From sequence record SRR2962707_1143: 33,715 bases of DNA; one strand, given 5' to 3'. Under the pieces are notes generated by a model, which saw nothing but the letters and a program-made list of their open reading frames with translations, ran no database searches and was not told the DNA's origin. A program made the translations under genes and the position numbers. Positions 16,894 to 26,539 of this stretch are shown here, piece by piece; the first letter of the stretch is position 1, and every line of letters begins with the position of its first letter.

Positions 16894-17235
16894 TTAGCGT
16901 GTCGCCATCGTATAGGCATTGGTTGAACGCGCGCCAGAGCGGCAATAGGCATAAATTGGACGCTCAAGTTCATCGAGCGCTGTGCGTGTCGCGTCGACAT
17001 TTTCCATTGTTAGACCTGTCTTTTCGACTGGAATGTAACGCGCTTCAAGACCGGCCGCTTTAGCCGCAACAGAAACTAGCGCGAAATCTGGCTGATTAAA
17101 GTCTTCGCCGTCAGGGCGATTACATATCAAGGACTTATAACCTTGAGCGGCAATTTCAGATATTTGTTCTAGGAGGATTTGGCCTGAGACAGAAATATTG
17201 TCATCAAGCACGCGAAAATCTTCGGGAAGGCTCAT
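16894..17235 (-). CDS. TIGR01244/DUF442 family sulfurtransferase/phosphatase-like protein
   Basis: 113 aa with VSGQI, GYKSLICNRPDGE..QP, YIPV and active-site loop YCRSGARS. Confidence 0.88.
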   Translation of the reverse strand: MSLPEDFRVLDDNISVSGQILLEQISEIAAQGYKSLICNRPDGEDFNQPDFALVSVAAKAAGLEARYIPVEKTGLTMENVDATRTALDELERPIYAYCRSGARSTNAYTMATR

Positions 17236-17370
17236 GGGAGGTACTCAGTTTGTTTCATGTTCTTTGATAATAGGGCGATCACCCCTTCATATCAATGGAT
17301 ATCGCAAGCAATCGGTTAATATCATCGATCAATCATTTAAGCACGACGCAGCATCGCCTATATAAGTGTC

Positions 17371-19206
17371 ATGATTATCCGCCGACTCGATGAAAATATT
17401 GTCAACCAAATTGCCGCTGGCGAAGTCGTCGAGCGGCCCGCAAGCGTTGTCAAAGAATTGGTTGAAAATGCGCTCGATGCAGGCGCTACACGCATTGAGG
17501 TTTCAACCGCTGCTGGCGGTAAATCCTATCTGGCCGTTGCCGATAATGGTCACGGCATGGATGCGGAGAATTTGGCGCTCGCCATATCGCGCCATTGCAC
17601 CTCGAAACTTGAAAATGGCCTTGATGCCATTGCCTCGCTTGGCTTTCGCGGTGAAGCCCTGCCCTCTATTGGCTCTGTGGCGCGTCTCTCCATCAAATCA
17701 CGCACCCATGATGGCACTGATGGCGCGCAAATTGATGTAGATGGCGGCGCTGTTTCAGGCCCAAAACCGGCGGCGGCTAACCCTGGCACACGTGTTGAAG
17801 TACGAGATCTATTTTATGCGACCCCTGCCCGCTTAAAATTCATGAAATCTGAACGCGCTGAATCAACCGCGATCAATGATGTGATACGCCGCGTTGCGAT
17901 GGCAGCGCCTGCTACAGCGTTCAGCCTATCGGGCACAGAACGCGCTATCTTAGATTTTCCCGCCTGCAAAGCCGATGCGCTTGGCCAGAAGAAACGTATC
18001 GGCCAAGTGCTTGGTCAAGAGTTTGTGGATAATTCAATTTCGCTTGATGTTCAGCGCGACGGTGTTTCGATCACCGGACTTATATCGCTGCCCTCTTATC
18101 ATCGCGGCTCAGCGTCCAACCAATTTGCCTATGTGAATGGCCGCCCTATTCGCGATCGCCAAGTGCTAGGCGCGCTGCGCGGTGCTTATTCAGATATGTT
18201 GGTGCGTGATCGCTATCCGGTGGTTGTGCTTTTCATCAATATTGATCCAGCGATGGTGGATGTGAATGTGCATCCGGCTAAAGCGGATGTGCGCTTTCGC
18301 GATCCGGGCCTTGTGCGCGGTCTTATCGTATCGGGCATACGCCATGCGCTAACGCAAGAAGGCGTGCGCGGTTCAACCTCTTCTGCCGAGGCAATGACCA
18401 AAGCGTTTACGCAAGGCTACGGCGTAGGCAGCGCGCCGCGGCCACAAAATTTTGATCATCAAACATCGTGGCAAAGACCGCTCACCCCATCAGGTTTTGG
18501 TGAAAATGAGCAACAGATGATGCGTGACATGCCGCCAGTGGTGCGCGATCTGGCCCAATCTTACGACCGAGAAGCTGCGCAGAGCCAAACAGCGGATATG
18601 CAACCCAAACTGACCGAGTTTCCTTTGGGCGCAGCGCGGGCGCAAATTCACGATACCTATATTGTCAGCCAAACTGAAAACTCTGTGGTTATCACCGATC
18701 AACATGCGGCGCACGAGCGCCTTGTGTTTGAGGCGCTAAAACAGGCGCTGGCCGCACGGGCGCTGCCAAGCCAAATGTTGCTTGTGCCTGACATTGTTGA
18801 TCTTAATGGTGATGAAGCCGAAGCCCTGCTGGCGCAAGCCGATGATCTGGCAAAATTTGGCTTGTTGATTGAGAGCTTTGGCGCGGGCGCTATTGCAGTG
18901 CGCGGGACACCGTCAATCTTGGGCGATACGGACACGCATGGGCTTATTCGTGACTTGGCCGATGACATGCTCGAAAATCAAGGCCGTGATGGCACATTGC
19001 GCCTGCAAGATCTGATAGAGAAAGTCGCGTCGACAATGGCTTGCCACGGTTCAGTGCGCGCTGGTCGGCGTATGCGCAACGAAGAAATGAATGCGCTTTT
19101 AAGGCAAATGGAAGCAACGCCCGGTTCGAGCACCTGCAATCATGGTCGCCCGACCTTTATCGAGCTGCAGCTCAATGACATTGAAAAGCTATTTGGTCGG
19201 CGATAA
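17371..19206 (+). CDS. mutL: DNA mismatch repair endonuclease MutL
   Basis: [53 protein letters not shown], and endonuclease motifs [13 protein letters not shown] and CNHGRP. Confidence 0.98.
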   Translation: MIIRRLDENIVNQIAAGEVVERPASVVKELVENALDAGATRIEVSTAAGGKSYLAVADNGHGMDAENLALAISRHCTSKLENGLDAIASLGFRGEALPSIGSVARLSIKSRTHDGTDGAQIDVDGGAVSGPKPAAANPGTRVEVRDLFYATPARLKFMKSERAESTAINDVIRRVAMAAPATAFSLSGTERAILDFPACKADALGQKKRIGQVLGQEFVDNSISLDVQRDGVSITGLISLPSYHRGSASNQFAYVNGRPIRDRQVLGALRGAYSDMLVRDRYPVVVLFINIDPAMVDVNVHPAKADVRFRDPGLVRGLIVSGIRHALTQEGVRGSTSSAEAMTKAFTQGYGVGSAPRPQNFDHQTSWQRPLTPSGFGENEQQMMRDMPPVVRDLAQSYDREAAQSQTADMQPKLTEFPLGAARAQIHDTYIVSQTENSVVITDQHAAHERLVFEALKQALAARALPSQMLLVPDIVDLNGDEAEALLAQADDLAKFGLLIESFGAGAIAVRGTPSILGDTDTHGLIRDLADDMLENQGRDGTLRLQDLIEKVASTMACHGSVRAGRRMRNEEMNALLRQMEATPGSSTCNHGRPTFIELQLNDIEKLFGRR

Positions 19207-19215
19207 GGCGCAGCG

Positions 19216-19246
19216 CTTGACGAGGCATATCAATTTTTGCCAATAA
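19216..19246 (+). promoter_or_regulatory. putative promoter for DUF2093 gene
   Basis: CTTGAC (rhizobial RpoD-type -35) at 19216 with CCAATAA about 18 nt downstream. Confidence 0.35.
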
Positions 19247-19285
19247 GAGCTAAGAGGCATGGCCTCACATATAGGAAATTCTGCA

Positions 19286-19504
19286 ATGAACATTCACGAT
19301 CTTTCTAACGCTAAAGAAGCCAAGCTTAAATATCTTGATGCAGATTTTCGCGTGTTGTCGCCAGGATCATTCGTTCGTTGTGCGCTGACGGGCAAACCAA
19401 TTGCCATCGACGATTTGAAATATTGGAGCGTTGCGCGCCAAGAACCTTATTATGATGTGGAAGTTTCGCTCAAGGCTGAGCTTGGTGCAAAACACGCGCG
19501 TTAA
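19286..19504 (+). CDS. DUF2093-family small conserved protein
   Basis: 72 aa from ATG 19286 (SD AGGA). YLDADFRVLSPGSFVRCALTGKPI.IDDLKYWSVARQEPY matches this alphaproteobacterial family as I recall it. Confidence 0.8.
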   Translation: MNIHDLSNAKEAKLKYLDADFRVLSPGSFVRCALTGKPIAIDDLKYWSVARQEPYYDVEVSLKAELGAKHAR

Positions 19505-20538
19505 GCGCCACCGATGATCTTTTTATTGCTGTAATTTTCAACCGTACTGGCGATTATTCGCTCGCCATCGCCTTTATTTTCAAAGGCCAATGACACGGGC
19601 AAAACAAGCGTCTTTTCGCGCAGCTCGGCGAGCGGCCCTTCAATATGGCTAAGGCGCGCCGCATCTTTTTCTGTCGTCACCAAAACAAGTTTTTCAAGCC
19701 GCGCTTTGTCAAGCAATTGGCTGGCTTCGGCCTGCGTAAACACATGGTGATCGCCAAATGAGCGCGTCGAAGCAACAAAGCAGTTGCAAGTGGCCAGCGT
19801 GTCATAGAATTTTTGCGGGTCGCCAATGCCTGTGAAAGCAAGGACTTGTTTGTTTTCGAGCGCCGTCACTTTTTGCGGTTTCAAATGGGCTCTAGTCATC
19901 GGCTTGGCCGCACGTGAAGCGGCCCGCACAACTCTATCACCACGATCACCTTCGCCTATGCGCAGAATGCTGGTGGCATGGCGCATCTGATCGCGCAGCG
20001 GTGCCCTTAGCGGACCACCTGGCAGAACAGCGCCATTGCCCATGCCGCGCCGTGCATCAAGCGTGATTAAAGCATAATCGTAATAGAGCGACCGGCTTTG
20101 AAAGCCATCATCCATAATAATAAAATCGCAACCGCTATCAATCAGCGCCTGTGCGCAGGCAGCGCGATTACGCCCGATCATGGTCGGTGCTTGTTTTGCC
20201 AGCAGCAATGGCTCATCACCAACCGCGCCCACCGTGTCATGGGCTAAATCAACCAGATGGGGCCGAATGTGCGAACCGCCATAGCCACGGCTCACGAAAC
20301 CCGGTCTGTATTTTTGTTGTTTAGCGATCTTTGCAAGCTCGAGCGCCGTGGGTGTTTTGCCCGTACCGCCGACTGTAAGATTACCAATACATAAAACAGG
20401 TGCATTCACGTGAACCGGTTTGGCGTGATCCATTCGGCGCACCGCAATCACCCCATAGAGCCAGCTTAGGGGACTGAGAAGGATTGATTGCCAACTTGGA
20501 TTTTCATACCAAAATGGAGGCGCGTCATTTCCAGCCAA
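19501..20538 (-). CDS. lpxK: tetraacyldisaccharide 4'-kinase
   Basis: Probable TTG start at 20538 (MAGNDAPPFWY, AAGGGA upstream) overlapping the waaA end. IGNLTVGGTGKTP, SRGYGG, GDEPLLL, MDDGFQ, PGGPLR, FGDHH and TTEKD. Confidence 0.95.
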   Translation of the reverse strand: MAGNDAPPFWYENPSWQSILLSPLSWLYGVIAVRRMDHAKPVHVNAPVLCIGNLTVGGTGKTPTALELAKIAKQQKYRPGFVSRGYGGSHIRPHLVDLAHDTVGAVGDEPLLLAKQAPTMIGRNRAACAQALIDSGCDFIIMDDGFQSRSLYYDYALITLDARRGMGNGAVLPGGPLRAPLRDQMRHATSILRIGEGDRGDRVVRAASRAAKPMTRAHLKPQKVTALENKQVLAFTGIGDPQKFYDTLATCNCFVASTRSFGDHHVFTQAEASQLLDKARLEKLVLVTTEKDAARLSHIEGPLAELREKTLVLPVSLAFENKGDGERIIASTVENYSNKKIIGGA

Positions 20539-21898
20539 TTTTCGCCCGTCCCTTATTGCCGATCTGGGGTTCGTCCAAATTGTCTTTGGCGTGATGGTTG
20601 CCCAATTGCGCATTCATAATGAGCGGATTGATAAATGGGTCAAGCACTTGAACAGTCGTATTTAACGCGCCGCCCATATTTTTCACAACCTGCTCGGCAG
20701 CATTTGTCATATAACGGCGCTTTTCTTCATTAGCCAAAAGATGATTTACCGAGCGCGCAAGCTGTAAATCGTCTTGAACGAACCACGCACCGCGCGCTGC
20801 AATCAACTTATCATAGGCCTCTTGAAAGGCTTCTACATTTGGCCCGCTGAGGATAGCGGTATCAGAAACTGCAGGTTCAAGCGGGTTTTGGCCGCCTTCA
20901 CCTTTGAGCGATTTTCCAACAAAGGCGATGCTGGCCATCTTTAAGTAGACGCCCATTTCGCCTATTGTGTCGCCCAAAAATATGTCGCTGGATTTATAGG
21001 GCATCTCATCGGTTGAGCGCACAGCAATATCCAGTTTTTGCGATTCTAAAACAGCGCGAATATCATCGCAGCGATTGGGATGGCGCGGCACAATGATCGT
21101 CAGCAAATTTGGCCATTTTTTCTTCAATGCACGGTGCACACGCGCTGCAACAAGCTCTTCGCCTTCATGGGTCGAAATCGCGGCCCACACTTCACGACCC
21201 GCAATCGATTGTTCAATGCGGGCTTGTGTCTCCGCATCAACAGGCGGAATGACAACATCGGCTTTCAAATTGCCCGTCACAAAAACCGGGCGCGCGCCCA
21301 ATTGGCGGAAGCGCTCGGCATCAACCTGCGTTTGGGCAGCAACAAGCGCAAAATTTTCAAACAAAGTATCGGCAACACCGCGCCGTTTCTTCCAGCGTTT
21401 AAAAGAACGGTCAGACATGCGGCCATTGACGAGAATTTGCGGAATGCGCCGCGCTTCAAGTTCCAAAATGGTCATTGGCCAAATCTCAGATTCAGCGAAG
21501 ATTGCGATATCTGGTTTCCAATGATTTAGGAAACGGCTGACGGCTGGTTTTAAATCCAGCGGCACATATTGATGAATAATGTCATCGCCAAATCGCTCGG
21601 CGGCAAGCGCAGCTGAGGTCGTCGTGCCGGTCGTTAAAATGACGTTAAGGCCAAGGCCTCTTAGGCGTTTTATGAGGCCGGTTACTGCGCCAGTCTCACC
21701 CACAGAAACGGCATGGATCCAAACCAATGGGCCTGCTGGGCGCTCGACGGATGCTTTGCCAGATCGCTCATGTCTGCGTGAATGATCTTCCTTGCCGCGC
21801 GAAGCCCGCCAAGCAATATAAGGACCGATAAAGGGATAAAGCGTTAGGCCAAGCCAACGGTATGATTGTAGTGCCGCGCGGGCCCATCTTTCACTCAT
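20525..21898 (-). CDS. waaA: 3-deoxy-D-manno-octulosonic acid (Kdo) transferase
   Basis: WIHAVSVGE, HQYVPLD, ESEIWP, NGRMSDRS, TGNLK, STHEGEE, IVPRHP, DTIGEM and GGQNPLEPA. Confidence 0.97.
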   Translation of the reverse strand: MSERWARAALQSYRWLGLTLYPFIGPYIAWRASRGKEDHSRRHERSGKASVERPAGPLVWIHAVSVGETGAVTGLIKRLRGLGLNVILTTGTTTSAALAAERFGDDIIHQYVPLDLKPAVSRFLNHWKPDIAIFAESEIWPMTILELEARRIPQILVNGRMSDRSFKRWKKRRGVADTLFENFALVAAQTQVDAERFRQLGARPVFVTGNLKADVVIPPVDAETQARIEQSIAGREVWAAISTHEGEELVAARVHRALKKKWPNLLTIIVPRHPNRCDDIRAVLESQKLDIAVRSTDEMPYKSSDIFLGDTIGEMGVYLKMASIAFVGKSLKGEGGQNPLEPAVSDTAILSGPNVEAFQEAYDKLIAARGAWFVQDDLQLARSVNHLLANEEKRRYMTNAAEQVVKNMGGALNTTVQVLDPFINPLIMNAQLGNHHAKDNLDEPQIGNKGRAKIGWK

Positions 21899-22063
21899 CG
21901 CGCGTCATCCAAACTGTCATGCAAAATTTCCCAAATAACCGCATTTACAAACGCGCTAACGCCAGCTTTGCCGGTTACTACTTCTATCCATCGCCTCTGA
22001 TCGGGGATGATTATTTAAAAATATTATGCGCCCGTCTACTCATAGAAAGTGGCATTGCTATGA

Positions 22064-22297
22064 TCAATCTTTGTGAGGATCTAGCAAACGGTGCAGATGG
22101 ACGACAAAATAACGCATATGCGCATTATCAACGGTTTGCTGCGCTTTAGATTTCCACGCCAGTGCGGCTGATTTATAATCGGGAAAAATACCGACAATAT
22201 CGAGCGCGTTTAAATCACGAAACTCTTGTCCCGTAAGCGATGTCAATTCACCACCAAAAACCAAATGAAGGAGCTGTTTGTTATTTGTATCGGCCAT
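22064..22297 (-). CDS. DUF4170-family small conserved protein
   Basis: 77 aa, QLLHLVFGGEL..F.DL..LDIVGIFPDY..A..AWKSKAQQTVDNAHMRYFVVHLHRLLDP. SD-like AGAGGA upstream. Confidence 0.85.
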   Translation of the reverse strand: MADTNNKQLLHLVFGGELTSLTGQEFRDLNALDIVGIFPDYKSAALAWKSKAQQTVDNAHMRYFVVHLHRLLDPHKD

Positions 22298-22331
22298 AGG
22301 TCATAATCCTCTTAACACCAGTGCTTGTTGC

Positions 22332-23138
22332 TTAGCTGAATGGTGTTTGCCCGACAATACCCAACATCGCTTTAGCCAGTTCTATATGGCTGGCAATCAT
22401 GACGGGTTTTACCGAACTTTCCATATTATAGGCGAATTTGGCACCATTTTCGTCGGCCAAAACACCCCCAGCCTCGCTGAGTATCAAATCTGCTGCCGCA
22501 ACATCCCAATCATGGGCATTGGGCTTGACAAATGTTCCATCCATCAGGCCGTTGGCAACCATCGCAATCCGGTAAGCCAATGAAGGCACATGGCCATGGC
22601 GGCTAAACTCAATATCGGTGTTTGCATCCATCGCATCGCCGTAAATGCGTGGGCCGCCGATGACCAGCTTTGGCCTTAGCTGTTTGGGCAAGATGAGCGG
22701 TTTTCCGTTTAGCGCTGAGCCCGCGCCCAGAACGGCGGTGTAAATCTCACTGCGCGCCGGACACACGAGAACGCCAGCAATAGGACGTCCTTCTTCAACG
22801 ACGGCGACAGAAATACACCACTGATCGCGTCCTTCAATAAAGCCGCGTGTGCCATCGATGGGATCAACCACAAAAGTGCGCTGCGCCGCCATGCGGTGCG
22901 ACTTGTCTTCATCCAAGGTTTCTTCTGACAACCAACCGTAATCTGGCCGCGCTTTTTTAAGCACGGTCATCAGATATTCGTTGACTGCATAGTCGGCTGC
23001 GCTAACAGGAGAATTTCCGGCTTTTATTTGAACGTCGAGATCAATTGCACCACGAAAATAAGGAAGAGCCAAATCTCCTGCTGCAATGGCGGCTTCACAA
23101 ATAAGCTTTAAGTCGTCATGCGCGCTCGTCATTTGCAT
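22332..23138 (-). CDS. cysQ: inositol monophosphatase family 3'(2'),5'-bisphosphate nucleotidase (CysQ-like)
   Basis: SPVSAAD, WLSEE, FVVDPIDGTRGF and WDVAAADLILSEAGG motifs. Exact substrate not determinable from sequence. Confidence 0.8.
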   Translation of the reverse strand: MQMTSAHDDLKLICEAAIAAGDLALPYFRGAIDLDVQIKAGNSPVSAADYAVNEYLMTVLKKARPDYGWLSEETLDEDKSHRMAAQRTFVVDPIDGTRGFIEGRDQWCISVAVVEEGRPIAGVLVCPARSEIYTAVLGAGSALNGKPLILPKQLRPKLVIGGPRIYGDAMDANTDIEFSRHGHVPSLAYRIAMVANGLMDGTFVKPNAHDWDVAAADLILSEAGGVLADENGAKFAYNMESSVKPVMIASHIELAKAMLGIVGQTPFS

Positions 23139-23165
23139 CTTGGTCTCAGGCTCACCATTTGTCGT

Positions 23166-24521
23166 TTAATTGCCCGCAAGAGTCATTCGCGGGATAAGAA
23201 GTGTTGGCGCTGCCGTTGAATAATTCCGGTCCACATCATTGGCAGGCACCATTTGAATAAACATGTCTTTTAAGTTTGATGCAATGGTCACTTCAGACAC
23301 CGGAAACGCAATTTCTCCGTTTTCAATCCAAAAGCCTGACGCGCCGCGGCTGTATTCGCCAGTGACCATATTAACGCCTTGTCCGAACACTTCGGTGACG
23401 TAGAAACCAGTACCGATAGACTTGATCATTTCTTCTGGCGACATATCGCCTGGTTCAACCCACACATTGGTACTGGATGCGCCAACAGATGTACCGCTGC
23501 GCGCGCCGCGCCCATTGGTCTCAAGACCCAATTCACGGCCAAGCGACGATGACAAATACCAATGTTGCAGAACGCCCTTGTCCACCATGGTCATTTTTTC
23601 GCCGCGCACGCCTTCACCGTCAAACGGACGCGAAGCCTGACCGCGTACAATGTTTGGATCATCCACAATGGTGATCTTTTCATTAGCGATTTTCTGACCC
23701 ATTTTATCTTGTAGAAACGACGATTTGCGGGCAATTGAACCACCGTTTATCGCTCCGTTTAAATGGCCGATAAGGCCTCGCGCAACGCGTGGATCGAAGA
23801 TTGCAGCCACGCTTTGGGTTGGCATTTTGCGCGGATTGGTGCGCTTGACGGCGCGCTCACCAGCGTTTTGCCCGATACTTTGCGCACTGTCTAAGTTTTC
23901 ATAGAATATGCGGCTAGAATAATCATAGTCGCGCTCCATCGATGTGCCTTCACCAGCAATCACCGATACAGAGCGGCCAAAGCGGGTGCCAAAATATTGC
24001 CCCTCAAAGCCATGAGATGTGATCAAAACCATGCCGCCAACACCCGCTGATGCGCTGGCGCCTGACGACTTTGTTACGCCTTTAACGCCAAGCGCTGCAG
24101 CTTCTGCCTCAACGGCATCTTGGGTGAGTTGCTCTGCGGATACGAGCGTTTCGTCATAAAGATCAAGATCGCTAATTTCACGGGTCAGCGAAGCAGCATC
24201 CGCCAAGCCATTGAATGCATCATCAGGCGATACTTTGGCCATAGCGATCGCGCGCTCAGCCAGTACATCAGGATCACTGCTTGAAGCTGCGGAAATATTG
24301 GCGACCTTTTTACCAACAAAAACCCTAAGACCAATATGATCGGCTTCAGAAGCATCCGTGCCTTCTACCAAACCATTGCGTACACTCACCGAGGTTGAGC
24401 GTTGACGGACCACAACAGCATCAGATGCATCCGCACCGGCACGCTTTGCCGCCTCTACCAAGCTGGTTGCTTGATCAATCAGTTTTTGAGATGAGGCGTG
24501 ATTTTGTTTCGTGCTTTGCAT
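23166..24521 (-). CDS. pmbA: TldD/PmbA family protein (PmbA/TldE-type)
   Basis: Start MQSTKQN at 24521 with SD GGAG (451 aa). MERDY, RPFDGEG, GVNMVTGEYSRGASGFWIENGEI and VSEVTIASNL; lacks the TldD HExxGH motif. Confidence 0.9.
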   Translation of the reverse strand: MQSTKQNHASSQKLIDQATSLVEAAKRAGADASDAVVVRQRSTSVSVRNGLVEGTDASEADHIGLRVFVGKKVANISAASSSDPDVLAERAIAMAKVSPDDAFNGLADAASLTREISDLDLYDETLVSAEQLTQDAVEAEAAALGVKGVTKSSGASASAGVGGMVLITSHGFEGQYFGTRFGRSVSVIAGEGTSMERDYDYSSRIFYENLDSAQSIGQNAGERAVKRTNPRKMPTQSVAAIFDPRVARGLIGHLNGAINGGSIARKSSFLQDKMGQKIANEKITIVDDPNIVRGQASRPFDGEGVRGEKMTMVDKGVLQHWYLSSSLGRELGLETNGRGARSGTSVGASSTNVWVEPGDMSPEEMIKSIGTGFYVTEVFGQGVNMVTGEYSRGASGFWIENGEIAFPVSEVTIASNLKDMFIQMVPANDVDRNYSTAAPTLLIPRMTLAGN

Positions 24522-24715
24522 TTTTTCTCCGGGCATCAATTGTGCCAACCATGGTTGCAGGGTAGCGTAGCGATAGAATGATCGCATTAACAATGACTTT
24601 CATCCAAGCCGATGGTGTTTATCTATGGATTGTCTAGCCAATCATCAAGGCAGGACGGAAGATGATCTAAGGCGTAATGAAGTATTATCGAAATTAATAC
24701 GCAAGGAGCATATCT

Positions 24716-26539
24716 GTGGCAGGCGGCGCAACACCAGACCTATTTGGTGAGGTTATCCTACTTTTAGGCGGCGCTGTTATAGCAGCCCCCCTGTTTAAAA
24801 AAATAGGACTAGGCACGGTGCTTGGCTATTTGGCCGCAGGTATTGTTGTAGGCCCCATTTTGCGTCTGATCACAGACCCTGAAGCAATCTTACAATTTTC
24901 CGAACTCGGCATTGTGTTCCTGTTGTTTATCATAGGACTTGAGCTAAAGCCGCAGCGCCTATGGGCGCTCAGGCGCGATATATTTGGACTTGGTTTTTCT
25001 CAAGTCATGCTCAGCGGATTTATTCTCTGCGGGTTCGCAATGGTCTTAGCACAGCAAAATTTGGCAGCCGCGCTGGTCATTGGTTTTGGCCTTGCGCTCT
25101 CCTCGACCGCATTTGCCATCCAGATTTTGGAAGAGCGCGGAGAATTAAACCTGCAACATGGCCGCAAAGCCTTCTCCATTTTGCTGTTTCAGGATTTGGC
25201 TATCGTGCCGCTTCTGGCAATCGTGCCGCTGCTCGCACCGATATCCAGCGATGGCGGCGGGGCAACGGTTACTGGTTTGCTGAAGGGCGTTTTGGCTGTT
25301 GGCTTGTTGCTGCTGGCGGGACGTTTTGTCTTGACGCCGCTATTTCGTATCGTCGGCAATTCTGGCGCGCGTGAAACAATGATTGCTGCCGCATTGCTTG
25401 TTGTATTAGGCGCGGCCTTTCTCATGCAGCTTGTCGGGCTTTCCATGGCAATGGGGGCATTTATCGCCGGTGTCATGCTTGCCGATTCCTCGTTTCGACA
25501 TGAGCTAGAAGCTGACATTGAGCCGTTCCGTGGCTTGCTGCTTGGCCTGTTCTTTATTGCCATTGGCATGAAGCTCGATCTTAATGTTTTGTTTGGTCAG
25601 TGGCTCATTATTTTAATCGCGGTGCCCATCGTTATGATGGCAAAATCACTTGTCATTTTCGCCTTGGCTCGCCTTTACGGCAATAGCTACAATGTGGCTT
25701 TGCGCACCGCATTTGTCTTGCCGCAGGGTGGTGAATTCGGCTTTGTGCTGTTTTCTGCGGCGGGCGCTGTGGGCATTTTCCCCGCTCAAACCGCATCGCT
25801 TTTAATCGCCATTGTCACACTATCCATGGTGTGCACCCCTATATTCGTTTCTCTCGTCAAATATTTGGTTCGCCAAGATACTTCCGATGAAATGGCGGAA
25901 GACTATGAGGGCGCGGACGACAAGGTCGATGTTTTAATGATCGGCTTTTCCCGCTTTGGCCAAATTGCATCACAGGCGCTTTTGAGCGGCGGGCGCAATG
26001 TGACGATTATCGACAATTCAGCAAACCGTGTTCAATCAGCCGATAAGTTCGGCTTTCGCATCTATTATGGTGATGGCACCCGCAAGGAAGTGCTTGAAGC
26101 TGCGGGTATTCGCACAGCGCGCGTTGTCGCTGTGGTCACCCATAAAAAGGATATCACCGACCGTGTGGTCGACCTTATTCAGAGCAATTACCCAGATGTG
26201 CGCCTATTCGTCCGCTCCTATGATCGCACCCATACGCTGGAACTGCGCAGTCGCCATGTTGAATATGAACTGCGCGAAACCTTCGAATCTGGCCTCGCAT
26301 TCGGTGCTAAAACGCTCGAAGCGCTTGGTATGACCGAAGACGCGGCCCATTCTATTGCTGATGATGTGCGCAAGCGCGATGAAGAACGCCTGCGTGTTCA
26401 GCAAATTGAAGGCCTGACGGCTGGCGGCGATATGCTGTATACGCAGCCGGTTACGCCAGAACCGCTCACCAAGCCTAAAAAAGCGGGGCAGATCGTGCGT
26501 ATTGATGACAAAACACACACGAGCGGAGCCAATGGATGA
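24716..26539 (+). CDS. monovalent cation:proton antiporter-2 (CPA2), KefB/KefC-like K+ efflux protein with KTN/RCK domain
   Basis: GTG start with SD AAGGAG. LGYLAAG, ELGIVFLLFIIGLEL, LALSSTA, ILLFQDLA, RHELEADIEPFRGLLLGLFF, QGGEFGFV, GFSRFGQ and YYGDGTR. Confidence 0.92.
   Translation: MAGGATPDLFGEVILLLGGAVIAAPLFKKIGLGTVLGYLAAGIVVGPILRLITDPEAILQFSELGIVFLLFIIGLELKPQRLWALRRDIFGLGFSQVMLSGFILCGFAMVLAQQNLAAALVIGFGLALSSTAFAIQILEERGELNLQHGRKAFSILLFQDLAIVPLLAIVPLLAPISSDGGGATVTGLLKGVLAVGLLLLAGRFVLTPLFRIVGNSGARETMIAAALLVVLGAAFLMQLVGLSMAMGAFIAGVMLADSSFRHELEADIEPFRGLLLGLFFIAIGMKLDLNVLFGQWLIILIAVPIVMMAKSLVIFALARLYGNSYNVALRTAFVLPQGGEFGFVLFSAAGAVGIFPAQTASLLIAIVTLSMVCTPIFVSLVKYLVRQDTSDEMAEDYEGADDKVDVLMIGFSRFGQIASQALLSGGRNVTIIDNSANRVQSADKFGFRIYYGDGTRKEVLEAAGIRTARVVAVVTHKKDITDRVVDLIQSNYPDVRLFVRSYDRTHTLELRSRHVEYELRETFESGLAFGAKTLEALGMTEDAAHSIADDVRKRDEERLRVQQIEGLTAGGDMLYTQPVTPEPLTKPKKAGQIVRIDDKTHTSGANG

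Noticed and set aside
21862-22149. 95-aa plus-strand ORF spanning the waaA/DUF4170 spacer
   Set aside because: Overlaps both neighbours in antisense, has no SD and no recognisable composition or motif.
22332-23138. Inositol monophosphatase-family gene as part of the iol cluster
   Set aside because: It is about 17 kb away in a core block and lacks the LacI palindrome upstream.
23166-24521. pmbA without adjacent tldD or precursor peptide, considered as a possible RiPP locus
   Set aside because: tldD and pmbA are often unlinked housekeeping genes, and no modification enzymes or precursor-like peptide are nearby.
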